Positions 27,740 through 40,994 of a DNA stretch of 64,000 bases are shown here, piece by piece (the stretch's first letter is position 1; the number at the start of each line of letters is the position of its first letter). This stretch comes from Octopus vulgaris. Its lineage: Eukaryota. Below the pieces are notes generated by a model. The model had not been told where the DNA came from. It saw only the letters and a list, made by a program, of their open reading frames with translations, and searched no databases. The translations under genes were made by a program, and so were the position numbers. The DNA lies in NCBI GenBank assembly GCA_951406725.2, contig OX597835.1:10850001-10914000 (forward strand), written 5' to 3'.

Positions 27740-28999
27740 TGACCATATTTCACATATTTCTTATTAGAGTCCACTCACTGGTTCACTACATTTCTGGCAG
27801 GCAGTGAGAGCGACATGGGAGTAGCTGCAACATGACACTGAACAAATAGCTCAGGGGACTTTAAATATAAAGCAATAGTTTCTTTTTTTTTTTCAGTTTT
27901 CTCATTGATGTTCTTACTCTTTTCTGATACACAAAAAATATACCTAGACATACATACAAATGTGTGTGTGTAGCCTAGTGTTCTTGGACTTACATTCATA
28001 AAGACATGGTTTCAATTCCCAGACCTGGTAACACATCATATTCTTGAGCAAAACATTTCATTTCATACGGCTGCAGTTTACTCAGCTGTAAAGGTGAACC
28101 ATAATAGCAGGGGGTGGGGAGTGGATGTTAACTCAGCAGTGGGCTGATTTGTTTCTTTTCAGAAGTAAAAGAGTATCAAATGATGTACATGTATTGCATT
28201 TTCCTCTGTTTTCAATGATAAAGCAGTAGAAATAAACTATCCACATATCCACACTGTGATCATACAGAAAGACTTGTTGAAATGTCACATACTTCTGCCA
28301 CATGAGAAATGAAATCACATTTAAATGCCACCAACTGAAAAATGGTACAGACTTTTGCTCCAACCCAATATATATATATCATCATCATCATCATCATCAT
28401 CATTTAGCGTCCGTTTTCCATGCTAGCATGGGTTGGACGGTTCAACTGGGGTCTGGGGAGCCCGAAGGCTGCACCAGGCCAGTCAGATCTGGCAGTGTTT
28501 CTACAGCTGGATGCCCTTCCTAACGCCAACCACTCCGAGAGTGTAGTGGGTGATTTTATGTGCCACCGACACAGGTGCCAGACGAGGCTGGCAAACGGCC
28601 ACGCTCGGATGGTGTTTTTATGTGCCACCGACACAGGTGCCAGACGAGGCTGGCAGACGGCCACGCTCGGATGGTGTTTTTATGTGCCACCGACACAGGT
28701 GCCAGATGAGGCTGGCGGACGGCCACGATCGGATGGTGTTTGTTACGTCCCCAAAGCACGGAGGCCAGTCTATGCGGTACTGGCTACGGCCACGTTCGGA
28801 TGATTTTCTTGTGTGCCACCGGCACTGGTACCACAAAGATACAAATTCCATTGATGTTCATCTATTTTGATTTGTTTTGATTTGATTTGATTTTCACTTG
28901 CCTCAACAGGTCTTCACAAGTGTCACAAGAAGGAAGGTATGCACAGGTGGACTAGTGAACCAGTGAGTGGACTCTAATAAAAAATATGTGAAATATGGT

Positions 29000-29001
<2 letters not shown>
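27740..29001. repeat. 49-bp inverted repeat pair (27740-27788 / 28953-29001) enclosing ~1.16 kb
   Basis: TGACCATATTTCACATATTTCTTATTAGAGTCCACTCACTGGTTCACTA versus its reverse complement, one mismatch. Confidence 0.85.
28380..28865 (-). mobile_element. Family B, long copy with about 4 tandem 62-bp units
   Basis: TGCCACC recurs at 28561, 28623, 28685 (period 62) and 28814. Confidence 0.9.
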
Positions 29002-29045
<44 letters not shown>

Positions 29046-29250
29046 TTAATTAAATCAATATTAAACTTTAATTTAATTTCTCAAATTGAATTAATTGGGC
29101 ATGGAAACAGTTATAGGTACGAAAAGTTTGTTTGGAATTGAATATGTTCTAATAGACTGATATCTATATCTCAATTTCTCTATTTTGTTTTTCTCATGCA
29201 TGCACACACACGTGCACACTTATACATACATCATACATACATACACATGA

Positions 29251-29284
<34 letters not shown>

Positions 29285-29849
29285 GGGGCTTTTTTCAGTT
29301 TCCATCTTCCAAATCCACTCGCATTGATTTGATTGCCCCAACCCCATAGTAGGAGGCACTTGCTGAAGATGCCAAATCGTGGAACTGAACCCAAGACCAC
29401 TGAACACCACACAGCCATGCACACACACACACACACACAAACACACAAACACACACACGTTCCTATTCATACACACTCACACACACATACACACATTCAC
29501 ACATGTACATATTCATATTCAAACACACTCACATTCACACACACACGTACATTTATTTATTTTTTAAAAGAAAAATAACAATTAAGAAAGCAAAAATTTG
29601 GTCTGAGCAACAAATCCAGATTTTATATTCTTTGAATCAAATTCTCTTTAAAGGAAAGAAAGAAAGAAAGAAAGAAAGGAAGGAAGATGAGTAAAAGAGC
29701 TCTGAGAGTTTTTAAAGTGAAAGTAGGAGGGAAAGAGAGAGGAGAATATGGAAAGAGAGAGTGCGGGTGGGGGGGGGGGCGAGAGATAGAGAGAAAGAAA
29801 TAAGATTGTGAAAGATTTTAGATTGAATGTATGAGGAAAAGGAGAGAAT

Positions 29850-29886
29850 TTGAGAGAGAGAGAGAGCGACTGAGTGAGAAAGAAAT

Positions 29887-29929
<43 letters not shown>

Positions 29930-29946
29930 CCGAGAGAGAAAGAAAT

Positions 29947-29985
<39 letters not shown>

Positions 29986-30050
29986 CCGAGAGAGAAAGAA
30001 ATTGGAAGAGAGAGAGAGAGAGAGAGAGAGCGACCGAGAGAGAAAGAAAT

Positions 30051-30093
<43 letters not shown>

Positions 30094-30162
30094 CCGAGAG
30101 AGAAAGAAATTGGAAGAGAGAGAGAGAGAGAGAGAGAGAGCGACCGAGAGAGAAAGAAATTG

Positions 30163-30199
<37 letters not shown>

Positions 30200-30216
30200 C
30201 CGAGAGAGAAAGAAAT

Positions 30217-30250
<34 letters not shown>
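29850..30250. repeat. Higher-order purine minisatellite: GCGACCGAGAGAGAAAGAAATTGGAA + variable (GA)n, ~7 units
   Basis: Direct reading. Confidence 0.9.
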
Positions 30251-30252
<2 letters not shown>

Positions 30253-30504
30253 TAGAGGGAGAGGAGAGAGGAAGATGGAAGCTAATATTGCATTGTTTTT
30301 GGTTCAGTAGAAACTTTTGAGAATGGTCCCCTCCTCCCCCCATCCCTGCTCTTCTGAGAAATAACAATGATCTGTAATTAAATATAGATTGTCATTAGAG
30401 ATGGTTCTTCAGTGGTGGTCTTTTAGTTAGCATATTACTACCATATGGTGCCAGTACAATTCTACACATCACTCCTCTGAGATGAAAATAAATGGTAAAA
30501 ATGC

Positions 30505-31332
30505 ATATGCATGTGTGTGTGTGTGTGGGTGTGTATACATGTGTGTGTGTGTGTGTGTGTGTATGCATGTGTGTGTGCGTGTATGCATGTGTGTGTGTGT
30601 GTATGCAAGTGTGTGTGTATGCATGTGTGTGTGTGTGTATGCAAGTGTGTGTGTATGCATGTGTGTGTGTGTATGCATGTGTGTGTGTGTGTGTATGCAT
30701 GTGTGTGTGTGTGTGTATGCATGTGTATGTGTGTGTGTATGCATGTGTGTGTGTGTATGCATGTGTATGTGTGTGTGTATGCATGTGTGTGTGCGTGTAT
30801 GCATGTGTGTGTGTGTATGCATGTGTGTGTGTGTATGCATGTGTGTGTGTGTGTGTATGCATGTGTGTGTGTGTATGCATGTGTATGTGTGTGTGTGTAT
30901 GCATGTGTGTGTGTGTATGCATGTGTGTGTGCGTGTATGCATGTGTGTGTGTGTATGCATGTGTGTGCGTGTATGCATGTGTGTGTGTGTATGCATGTGT
31001 GTGTGTGCGTGTATGCATGTGTGTGTGCGTGTATGCATGTGTGTGTGTATGCATATGTGTGTGTGTGTGTATGCATGTGTGTGTGCGTGTATGCATGTGT
31101 GTGTGTGTGTATGCATGTGTGTGTGCGTGTATGCATGTGTGTGCGTGTATGCATGTGTGTGCGTGTATGCATGTGTCTGCGTGTATGCATGTGTGTGTGT
31201 ATGCATGTGTATGTGTGCGTGTATGCATGTGTGTGTGTGTATGCATGTGTGTGTGTGTGTGTGTATGCATGTGTGTGTGTGTGTGTATGCATGTGTGTGT
31301 GTGTGTTTGTCAGTGTGTGTATGTGTGTGTGT
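30505..31332. repeat. (GT)n-ATGCAT minisatellite, ~820 bp of alternating purine-pyrimidine sequence
   Basis: Direct reading. Confidence 0.95.
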
Positions 31333-31689
31333 TCATAGATTTTTGTGATATTTTTTCGTTCTGTTTTTAGGGAACCAAAGAAATCTGTTTGGAAGAATAG
31401 GAGAAACACTAAGTAGAATATTGAAATCATCATCATCATCATCATCACCATCACCACCTCCACCACCATCATCATCATCATTACCACCACCATTGCCATC
31501 ATCATCATCATCATCATCGTCTTCATCAATTGCTTACATCCACTCATAAAGGCTGGTATAGAGTGGGCAGTTTTTGTGAGGCAGGGCTTTATGGCTGACC
31601 ACCATTCCTCGTGCCAAGCCGTTTAGCTGACTCTTCTTTATACATGCAGCGACATGTATATTGTGAATGTGTGCGTGTATATATCTTTT

Positions 31690-31903
31690 ATCTTCTACTT
31701 GTTTTGGTCACTTGACTGTGGCCATGCTGGGGCACCTCTTTGAAAAATTTTACTTGAACGAATCTGAATCAGAATCAGCCCCTGTACTTATATCTTTTGA
31801 GCCTATATTTTTTGAGAACTTATTCTATCAGTCTCTCTTTGCTGAACTGCTAAGTCAAGGAGACATAAACCCACCAACACCGGTTGTCAAGTGGTTGTAG
31901 GAT

Positions 31904-31967
<64 letters not shown>

Positions 31968-32130
31968 CAGGCTTCTTTCAGTTTCCCTCTGTCAAATCCA
32001 CTTACAAAGCTCTGTTTTGGCCCAAGACTATAGTAGAAAAAATTTGCCCAAAGTACTGTGCAGTGGGACTGAACCTGGACCCGTGTAGTTGGGAAGTAAA
32101 CTTCTTATGACCCATCCATACCTGTACCTA
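31690..32130 (-). mobile_element. SINE family A, diverged, central (CA)n
   Basis: Colinear with young copies. Confidence 0.8.
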
Positions 32131-32201
32131 TGCTGAGCTTCTTCCAATTTCTACCTACCAAATTCTCTTACAGGGCATGTGTGTGCGTGTTTGCTGGCAC
32201 A

Positions 32202-33416
32202 CACATATTATATGTGAAGGCACATGGCCCAGTGGTTAGAGCTTCAGGCTCACAATCATGAGATAGTGAGTTCAATTCCTAGACCAAGCTGTGTTTTTTG
32301 TTCTTGAGCAAGACGCTTTATTTCACATTGCTCCACTTCACTCATCTGTAGAAGGGAGTTGTGATGTCACCGGTGCCAAGCTGTATTGTCCCCTTTGCCT
32401 TTCCCTTGGATAACATTGGTGATATAGAGATGGGGAGGCTGGTATGCATGGGCAGCTGCTGGTCTTCCATAAAAACAAACTTGTGCCTTGGAGGGGAACT
32501 TTCTATGTGCAATCCCATGGTCACTCATGACCGAAGGTGGTCTTTGTGTGTTATAATGCTTGTTCTGCCAGGCCCTGAAGAGGAGAAGATGAAATAAGAC
32601 ATTTGGGTCATCCACTGCATCTGTCTCCATATCTAGTTGTCTGACCTGGTCTTGCCACTGGACTGTAGATGGTCATGGCTGAAAGAAGGCAGTTGACAAT
32701 GCTCAATTCTTCTTCACTTTAAGCGACACCTGTGCCAGTGGCACATAAGAGAACCATCCAAACGTGGCCGTTGCCAGCGCTTCCCTGACTGGCTTCCATG
32801 CCGGTGGCACATATTATATGTGAAGGCACATGGCCCAGTGGTTAGAGCTTCAGGCTCACAATCATGAGATAGTGAGTTCAATTCCTAGACCACGCTGTGT
32901 TTTTTGTTCTTGAGCAAGACGCTTTATTTCACATTGCTCCACTTCACTCATCTGTAGAAGGGAGTTGTGATGTCACCGGTGCCAAGCTGTATTGTCCCCT
33001 TTGCCTTTCCCTTGGATAACATTGGTGATATAGAGATGGGGAGGCTGGTATGCATGGGCAGCTGCTGGTCTTCCATAAAAACAAACTTGTGCCTTGGAGG
33101 GAACTTTCTATGTGCAATCCCATGGTCACTCATGACCGAAGGTGGTCTTTGTGTGTTATAATGCTTGTTCTGCCAGACCCTGAAGAGGAGAAGATGAAAT
33201 AAGACATTTGGGTCATCCACTGCATCTGTCTCCATCTCTTGTTGTCTTGACCTGGTCTTGCCACTGGACTGTAGATGGTCATGGCTGAAAGAAGGCAGTT
33301 GACAATGCTCAATTCTTCTTCACTTTAAGCGACACCTGTGCCAGTGGCACATAAGAGAACCATCCAAACGTGGCCGTTGCCAGCGCTTCCCTGACTGGCT
33401 TCCATGCCGGTGGCAC
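32202..33416 (+). repeat. Near-identical tandem duplication, period ~606 bp
   Basis: ATATTATATGTGAAGG at 32205 and 32811; the units differ by only a few bases. Confidence 0.9.
32216..32545 (+). mobile_element. tRNA-derived SINE family E (second copy 32822-33150)
   Basis: A-box TGGCCCAGTGG, B-box GAGTTCAATTCC, CORE-like TTCTTGAGCAAGAC; homologues at 39246 and 48290. Confidence 0.85.
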
Positions 33417-33703
33417 GTAAAAAGCACCATCCAATCGTGGTCGTTGCCAGCCTCGCCTGGTCTCCGTGCCGGTGGCATGTAAAAAGCACCATCCGATCGT
33501 GGCCGTTTGCCAGCCTTGTCTGGCATGTAAAAAGCACCCACTACACTCACGGAGTGGTTGGCGTTAGGAAGGGTATCCAGCCATAGAAACATTGCCAGAT
33601 CAGACTGGGCCTGGTGCAGCCTTCTGGCTTACCAGACCCCAGTTGCACCGTCCAACCCATGCCAGCATGGAAAGCGGACGCTAAACGATGAATGATGATG
33701 ATG
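33330..33703 (+). mobile_element. Family B, multi-unit copy
   Basis: Repeated GTGGCA(C/T)GTAAAAAGCACC units, core, GAT tail. Confidence 0.9.
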
Positions 33704-33919
33704 ACTGCATAAGTCATCAGTCATCATTGAGGATGATTAGATGGTTATCGCTACTCCAATATATGTGTAATAATGGTTGCATGTATAGCAGGATAACAGG
33801 ACAATGCCTGTGTGGTTAAATGTTGTTGGTAGGAGAGGTTAGGGGAGACAGTATAAGAAAATAAAAAACAGCAAGGTAAATGAAGGTTTATTTTACTGTG
33901 ACAGGTTTATGAATGGAAA

Positions 33920-34708
33920 AGCAGATAGGTAGATAGATGGGAGGATGGCTGGCTGACGATAGGTAGATAGATGGATAGATAAATAGATGGATAGGTGGAT
34001 AGATAGATAGACAGGGAGATAGATAGATAGATAAATAGATTGGTAGACAGACAGACAGAGAGATAGGTAGATAGGTAGACAGATAGATAGATAGATAGAT
34101 AGACAGATAACTTTTTATTGTGGCCACACAGGGCTAAACACAGAATAAAAATGGATGAAATACAATGTAGAGTTTTTTCTTTTCGAGGTGGGATGGGTGG
34201 GACACAAAGAAAAAAAAAAAAACGTTCCATCAATAGGGATCTGTGGGTTGTGTGGTGTATAAAAATATAATATATATATATATATAAATAAAGTTCACAG
34301 TTTAGGTGTAGCCCTGGAAAGAAAAACCTACAAAAAAGACCAAGGTCACTTCAGACAGTTCGAAAATGAACACATGATAAGATAGACAGATAGATAGATA
34401 GACAGATAGATAGATAGACAGATAGATTGATTGATAGACAGACAGACAGACAGATAGATAGATAGAGAGATAATGAGATAGATAGACAGATAAATAGATA
34501 GATAGACAAATAGATAGATAGATAAATAGATAGATAGACAGATAGATTGATAGACAGACAGACAGATAGATAGATAGACAGAGAGATAAATAGATTGATA
34601 GATAGATAAATAGATAGATAGATAGATAGATAGACAGACACACAGACAGCTAGCTAGCTAGCTAGATAGATAGATAGACAGACAGACAGATAGGTAGATA
34701 GACAGACA
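33920..34708. repeat. Degenerate (GATA)/(GACA) arrays (33920-34108 and 34378-34708)
   Basis: Direct reading. Confidence 0.85.
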
Positions 34709-34769
34709 GGAATGGAAATGGAAAGGTATGTGTTTGCGGTGGTTTATATGTAATAGAAGTGGTATGTAT

Positions 34770-34965
34770 TCAAACCACACCTGGCCCAAATATTCTACCT
34801 GTTTTTATGTCCAAACTGGCCAGATTCGGCATCTAACACCTAAAATGTTATCCTAAAACTAGCCAATCCCATCATTGAGATCTCAAAGCTATTACATAAT
34901 GCCAGATTAATTCAAACCAAGGTGAATAAATAAGCATTACATTAATCTGAATGCCAAAGGGTTAA
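34770..34965. mobile_element. Possible piggyBac-like non-autonomous element remnant
   Basis: Ends GAATGCCAAAGGG-TTAA; a similar end TAAGGGG-TTAA occurs at ~23480; opposite TIR not seen. Confidence 0.35.
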
Positions 34966-35750
34966 AAGCAGAGGAATACAGACGTAATAAATATAGTCTA
35001 CACGTGTTATTCTATTGTTATAGGCGTTGTCTTTCTTTCTAGAATCTGGTTGGAGTTGATGCTTATTTTTAGATTAGATTGTTTATTGAAGAATGTTCAA
35101 ATGTCTTGTAATTATTCTGCGTGTGTGTGTGCTCTTTACCAATCATAATCAATCATGGTATTGTCTCTGCTTCTATATTTCGGCAGAACACAGATAGACA
35201 TTTATATCTATTTGTGTGACTAACTGAGCAATAAGTGAAGACGCGTGATTTATGAAACGCGTTCGCATTCAAACATCGCTGTAACCCTTCCTAATGAAAA
35301 ACTTATTGACAACAACTCCACTGGTTTGATATTTGGGCACTCCGACCCCCCTTCAGAATGCTCTTATATTTCATGCCATCTAGTTATGGGTTTCTTTTCT
35401 GGGACTACCTATCTTCATAAACTTCCTTCTTGTATGACGTGGATATTAATGGTAAAGTATTGATTAAGTTGCATATAAAGTTATTAATATCAACATATTA
35501 ACGATCTACTGATGTTATTCATTATTAAGACCCCTTTGCAGCCATAAGATCTGAAGAAGTTGTTAATTTAACATTCCCCAGTTAAATTCAGTTACGTGTT
35601 GATGCAAACTGATGACATATAAACATGTTGGCCAACAGCAACGTATGCAACCCCATAATTAATGTATATATATGTATATATATACATATATATATAAATA
35701 TGTATGTATATTTATCTATGTAACATGCATAGCATATATGCCATTGAAGC

Positions 35751-35803
<53 letters not shown>

Positions 35804-36172
35804 TATTGTTAGGTAGATATATAGAGGCATAGAAAGATAGATACATAGATAGGGATTTAGGCAGGGAAATAGATACCTATAAAAGAATGGTATTTCCTTC
35901 CATTGCAATCATTTATTCCTTGGGTATTGAATTTCTTATTAAATCGTCGTTCCAAAGGGCATGGTCAAGCATGGCCCAGCTACTGAATATTCTGCATAGA
36001 ACTTCATCAAAATTTTGGTAAAAGGTCACAATTAACAAAGGTCATTCATATATATTTGTGGTTCATGTCAAAATTTGGTGAGAAAAGAGAATTAAAGCCA
36101 TCAACATCAATGTCCAAATCTCAGAAATTCTTCACAGAAATTCTTATATAAAGTGATATAATATTAAATGAC

Positions 36173-36305
36173 CAGGCGTAGCTGTGTGGTAACGAGCTTG
36201 CTTCTTAAATACATGGTTCCAGGTTCAGTCCTATCGTGTGGCAGGTATCTTCTACTATAGCGTCAGGCTGACCAAATCCTTGTGAAATGGAAACTGAAGG
36301 AAGCC
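36173..36305 (+). mobile_element. SINE family A head followed by ~500 bp of microsatellite
   Basis: CAGGCGTAGCTGTGTGGTAAC...GGAAACTGAAGGAAGCC. Confidence 0.75.
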
Positions 36306-36484
36306 ACATAAGCATACTTATGCATATAGGTGTAAATATGAGTATGTGTGTGTGTGTGTGTGTGTATGTGTGTGTGTGTGTGTGTGTATGTGTGTGTGTG
36401 TATAAATATGAGTATGTGTGTATCTGTTTCAGTGCATGTATACATGTGTGTGTGTGTGTATTTTTGTCTACACACCCACATATA

Positions 36485-36560
<76 letters not shown>

Positions 36561-36563
36561 TGC

Positions 36564-36598
<35 letters not shown>

Positions 36599-36624
36599 TG
36601 CATATATATATATATACACATATA

Positions 36625-36670
<46 letters not shown>

Positions 36671-36869
36671 TATTTGTTTCTGTGCATATATATGTGTATG
36701 TTCATGTGTGTCCATGCATGTATATATATATATGTATATGTATATGTGTGTGTGTGTATGTATATATATATGTATGCCTCCTACCATTAGTTTGTCTATG
36801 TATCTATATATCTATCTATATCAACCTACCTGTGTTTTCCTACCTCTTTCTCTCACCCTCTGTATGTAT

Positions 36870-36920
<51 letters not shown>

Positions 36921-37344
36921 AATTTCCCCTCGAAAGCTTTCTATGCTTTTCTCATTATTATTTAATGTAAAACATCAAAAAAATGCTACTCCATCCATGG
37001 CATCCCATAAAGGCACACATAGAATGATGGCAAACAAAATTGCATTTTGTTTTGTCTCATCTCTGGGTTACCTTTTGCATCACTGAAACTTTTCATCTTG
37101 GTCACATGACACAAGGTATCGCTATTGGAAATGGCCTCTCTCGGTTCTTCTTTTGTCCAGTCACAGTTTTTTTAATATCTGATGCACACATGGCCAAGTG
37201 GTTCGGGTGGTTCAGCTCAGACTCATCAGTTTTATCAGCATGTTGCCTGGGCCCAAGCAGCATGCTGTGTCCTTGAGCAAGGTGCTTCATTTCACATTGA
37301 CCCTGTCTTTTCATTTGCAAGCAACAACGAACAACATGTGGAGC

Positions 37345-37655
37345 TCTTCCCTCTCTCTCTCTCCCTCCATTCCTCTCTCCCTCTCTCACCATCCCTTGTT
37401 CTCTCTTGCCTTCTCTCTTTATCTCTCTCCCCCATCTCCTCCTCCCTTCCCTCCCTCCCTCCTTCCTATCTCCCAGTGTCCCTTTCTCTCTCCTCTTTTT
37501 CATCCCTTCCTCTCTCTCCCTCTCTCCCTCCCTTCCCCTCTCTAACCTCTCTCTTCCTCCCTCCCTTCCTTCCTCTCTCAATGTCTCCCCCTCCCTTGCC
37601 CTCTCCTTATCTCTCTCCCTCATTACCCCTCTCCCTCCCTACCCCCTCTCCCCAC
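37345..37655. repeat. Polypyrimidine (CT-rich) low-complexity tract
   Basis: Direct reading. Confidence 0.85.
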
Positions 37656-38028
37656 CTGTTGCATTCTCGATCTTCTGTTGGGTCCAAAGAGAGAAGCCTG
37701 AGCGGGTGTTTGTGTCTGCTCATGACTACACAGGCCTTAAAGCAATTAGCGAAAGCATGGTACAAGTCAGCAGGTCATAAGAAACTCACAAATGAACTTG
37801 CCAAATGGGGCTTATGATCGTCTCTTCATATCCTATGACTTAGCACTTTGGCAAGTAGTGATCAATCAAATGAATACCTAGCTGAAATAACTGCTGAGGT
37901 ATATTTATATGAGCAACTAAATCTTTTGAAGGCAGTGCTCCAGTCTGGTCACAGTCCGATGATTAGAACTGGTAAAATACTTTTGATTAAAGAATATAAG
38001 ACTACATAAATTCACACACACACACACA

Positions 38029-38123
<95 letters not shown>

Positions 38124-38411
38124 TCATTCAAAGTTAATACACAAAAGCGAAAACAGAAAAAAAAAAAAAATAGACAAAAATGAAAAAAAAAGAAAAAAAA
38201 AAAAAGAAATACTATTTTAAGTCTTTAATATTATAAATCTTAAAATGAAAAGTAAATCTTTTTAGGATTTATTGATGAGAATTAATAAGTTTGAAATGTT
38301 ACGGTCCATTGAGGGGAAAAAAACGGAGGAGATTCGAAGGAAATAAAAATTGAATCTGTAACAAGATAACAATAACTCCATCGTTGAAACTTTACTCGAT
38401 ACATACATGTT

Positions 38412-38491
<80 letters not shown>

Positions 38492-38716
38492 AATATATAT
38501 AAGCACACAAACACACAAACACACACACACACAAAGGAAGAAAGAAGGTGGGTATTGGGTGAGTGGGTTGCAGTCTCCATTAGAATGATGAAATCCTCTC
38601 AGAGATAGGAAAAAAAAAAAGAATATAACGGAGATGAAAGAGGATGAAGAATGAGACTTTGGTCTCTACAAACTGTGGATATTTTAAGTAGATGTGTGCA
38701 GGTGTGCATATCTGTT

Positions 38717-38753
<37 letters not shown>

Positions 38754-38905
38754 ATGTGTGTGTATGTATAGAATGTTAGGTGTGTATAGAGTGTAATGTA
38801 TGTATGTATATATATATGCTAGCATGGAAAGCGGACGTTAAACGATGATGATGATGTTGATGATGATGATATATATATATATATACATACAAACACACAC
38901 ACATA

Positions 38906-38959
<54 letters not shown>

Positions 38960-39182
38960 TACATACACAGTAACTTGCAAAAGTTTACAACACAGACAAA
39001 AATCTAAGTTTACATATAGTGAGTTAACGCAGGTTAATGAAGATTCCACCATTTATGAAGATTTTTGTAATAAATTCAACACAAGAATCAGAATTATGTA
39101 ATGAGGAATGGAAAGAACTTTTATATGGAAAAAAAGTTGAAATTCCAAACGCAAAAGTTAACAACACATTTCTACAATCAAA

Positions 39183-40130
39183 TCAATATTTAGTTGAATA
39201 AACCTTGTTGATGATGAGAGCTTGCAGGCTCTTTGAATAGTTTCCTATGGCCCAATGGTTAGAGCGTCGAGCTTACGATTGTGAGGTTGTGAGCTCGAAT
39301 CCCGGACTGGGCTGCGTGTTGTGTTCTCGAGCAAGGCACTTTATTTTACGTTGCTCCAGTTCATTCAGCTGTAGAAATGAGTTGCGACGTCACTGGTGCC
39401 AAGCTGTATCGACCTTTGCCTTTCCCTTGGATAACACTGGTGGCCTGGAGAGGGAGGCTGGTTGCAGGCTCTTTGAATAGTTTCAGGTGCAATCATGTCT
39501 ACAAGGGGTCTTTACCTTTACTTTTTATGTGTGGTGGGGCTTACTTTCTACCATTCTTCTACAAAAATTCTTTTCAATTCTTTTAAGTTACACGCATTTC
39601 TTTCTTGAACTCTGAGTTTTTCTTTCCACAAAGTTTTGATTGGATTAAGGTCTGGAGATTGACTTGGCAATTCCAGAGCATTAATCCCATTTGTTTTCAG
39701 TCAATTCTTGTTCAACTTTGCAGTCTGCTCTGAATCTTTATCCTGTTGAAAGTTCCATCCTTGTTCCAAGTTCAGGGACTGAGTGTTAGGTGTTAAATAT
39801 CTCTCTAAAATGCCCCTATATTTTTACCATCCATTGTTCCTTTGATTACTTTCATTCTTCCAACACCTGATAAACAAAAATAAGCCTATACCATTACTGA
39901 TCCACGTTCAGATTTGACTGTTGGGATAGTATTCTTTGGTGCATATTCCGTGCCATTCTTTCTCCAAACTTTGCTGATCGAATTTCTGCCAAAAAGCTGA
40001 ATCTTAGTTTTGTCAGACCAAACTGATTTCACAATATGTTGTCAGTTCATTTAGATGTTTTTTTGCAAAAGCCAAATGAGCTTCAACATGACATTTCTTA
40101 AGAAATGGGGACTTTCTTGGAGAACAAGGA
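39183..40130 (-). pseudogene. Tc1 DDE transposase pseudogene
   Basis: Minus-strand motifs PRKSPFLKKCHVEAHLAFAKKHL, WSDKTKIQLFG, KNTIPTVK..GSVMV, FQQDKD, LELPSQSPDLNPI (39638-39680) and C-terminus LQALIINKVYSTKY* (stop 39183-39185); stops, frameshifts and a SINE insertion. Confidence 0.9.
39245..39461 (+). mobile_element. SINE family E, 3'-truncated, flanked by a 23-bp direct repeat
   Basis: TTGCAGGCTCTTTGAATAGTTTC at 39222-39244 and 39462-39484. Confidence 0.88.
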
Positions 40131-40269
40131 AAAAGATTATAACAGTGAATTGATCTGCTAATTGTATCCTTGCCCTTCACATGACCTTAAGATCAAGAGC
40201 TGAATAACCAAACCGCTGAGCCATGCACCTTACTTACCTGTAAAGGTACACGATACCCTATCAATTGCA

Positions 40270-40985
40270 ATTCTTATTTTTCCATAGAAATATCACTCTT
40301 TTTTTATATTGGATTTAAGGCTGTCTTTGTATACCTCAGCTTTGGTTTGTGTGGAGGATCTTTTTGCAGAAAACTGTTTTCTGTAAAACAAGTGCTTTGG
40401 AATTCTTCCATCTCCCACACAAATCATTTGGTGTTTGCATCTCAGTCCGCTATATAGCAAGAGAAATTCTATATTTACGACATTCCCTGTCTAAATGACT
40501 TCGGCATCACTCTCGCAGTCTCTCCAAGATATAATGCAACATTTGTCAAAGATGCTTTTACGGCAAAACACTCCAGCTGATTAATGTATCCCTGAATATA
40601 TCAGCTCCATGTTTCACTGCCAGATAACTAAATAGATGAAATACATGTTCTGAAAATAGATATTTAGTAGAATTTTTTGATATATCATCGAGGTCAAACC
40701 AAAGATTGTAATTTTGCAAAAGATATCCATGATTTCTGAATTCTGTTTGCAAATTTCACCATCAAGATATGTACCCCTGTTTAATATTCTGCCAAGATAT
40801 TTGGAGGAAGATATATTTTTCAAAGTTCTACCAAATAGTATTAATTTAGGATATGCATAAAACTCTACTGGACGAGGCTGATAAACAGCATTCTTCTGAA
40901 GATTTATTGTGTGTTCCGGCATGTTACATACCAATGAGATTCTTTCCATAAAAATTTGAAGATCTTTTTCATTGTGTATGACATT
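40270..40985 (-). pseudogene. RTE-clade LINE reverse transcriptase C-terminal fragment
   Basis: ORF 40614 end: HNEKDLQIFMERISLVC...TINLQKNAVYQP.P...YPKL..FG.TL.....KYLGRIL....LDGEI; downstream KPKLRY motif near 40340. Confidence 0.8.
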
Positions 40986-40994
40986 ATACGTATA

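Larger units (their letters stand above)
38968..40190 (-). mobile_element. Tc1-family DNA transposon, decayed and 5'-truncated
   Basis: TIR-like end CAGTAACTTGCAAAAGTTTACA at 38968; transposase remnants inside. Confidence 0.8.

Noticed and set aside
28554-28830. Regularly spaced repeats resembling a CRISPR array (also 29850-30250 and 55435-55951)
   Set aside because: No unique spacers, eukaryotic context, no cas genes.
32574-32610. CTGAAGA...GAAA motif (duplicated at ~33180)
   Set aside because: No stem II or III pairing and no UH site in register.
35224-35268. CTGAGCA-stem-GAAACGCGTT
   Set aside because: Core mismatch and no adjacent stem I; at most a very old remnant.
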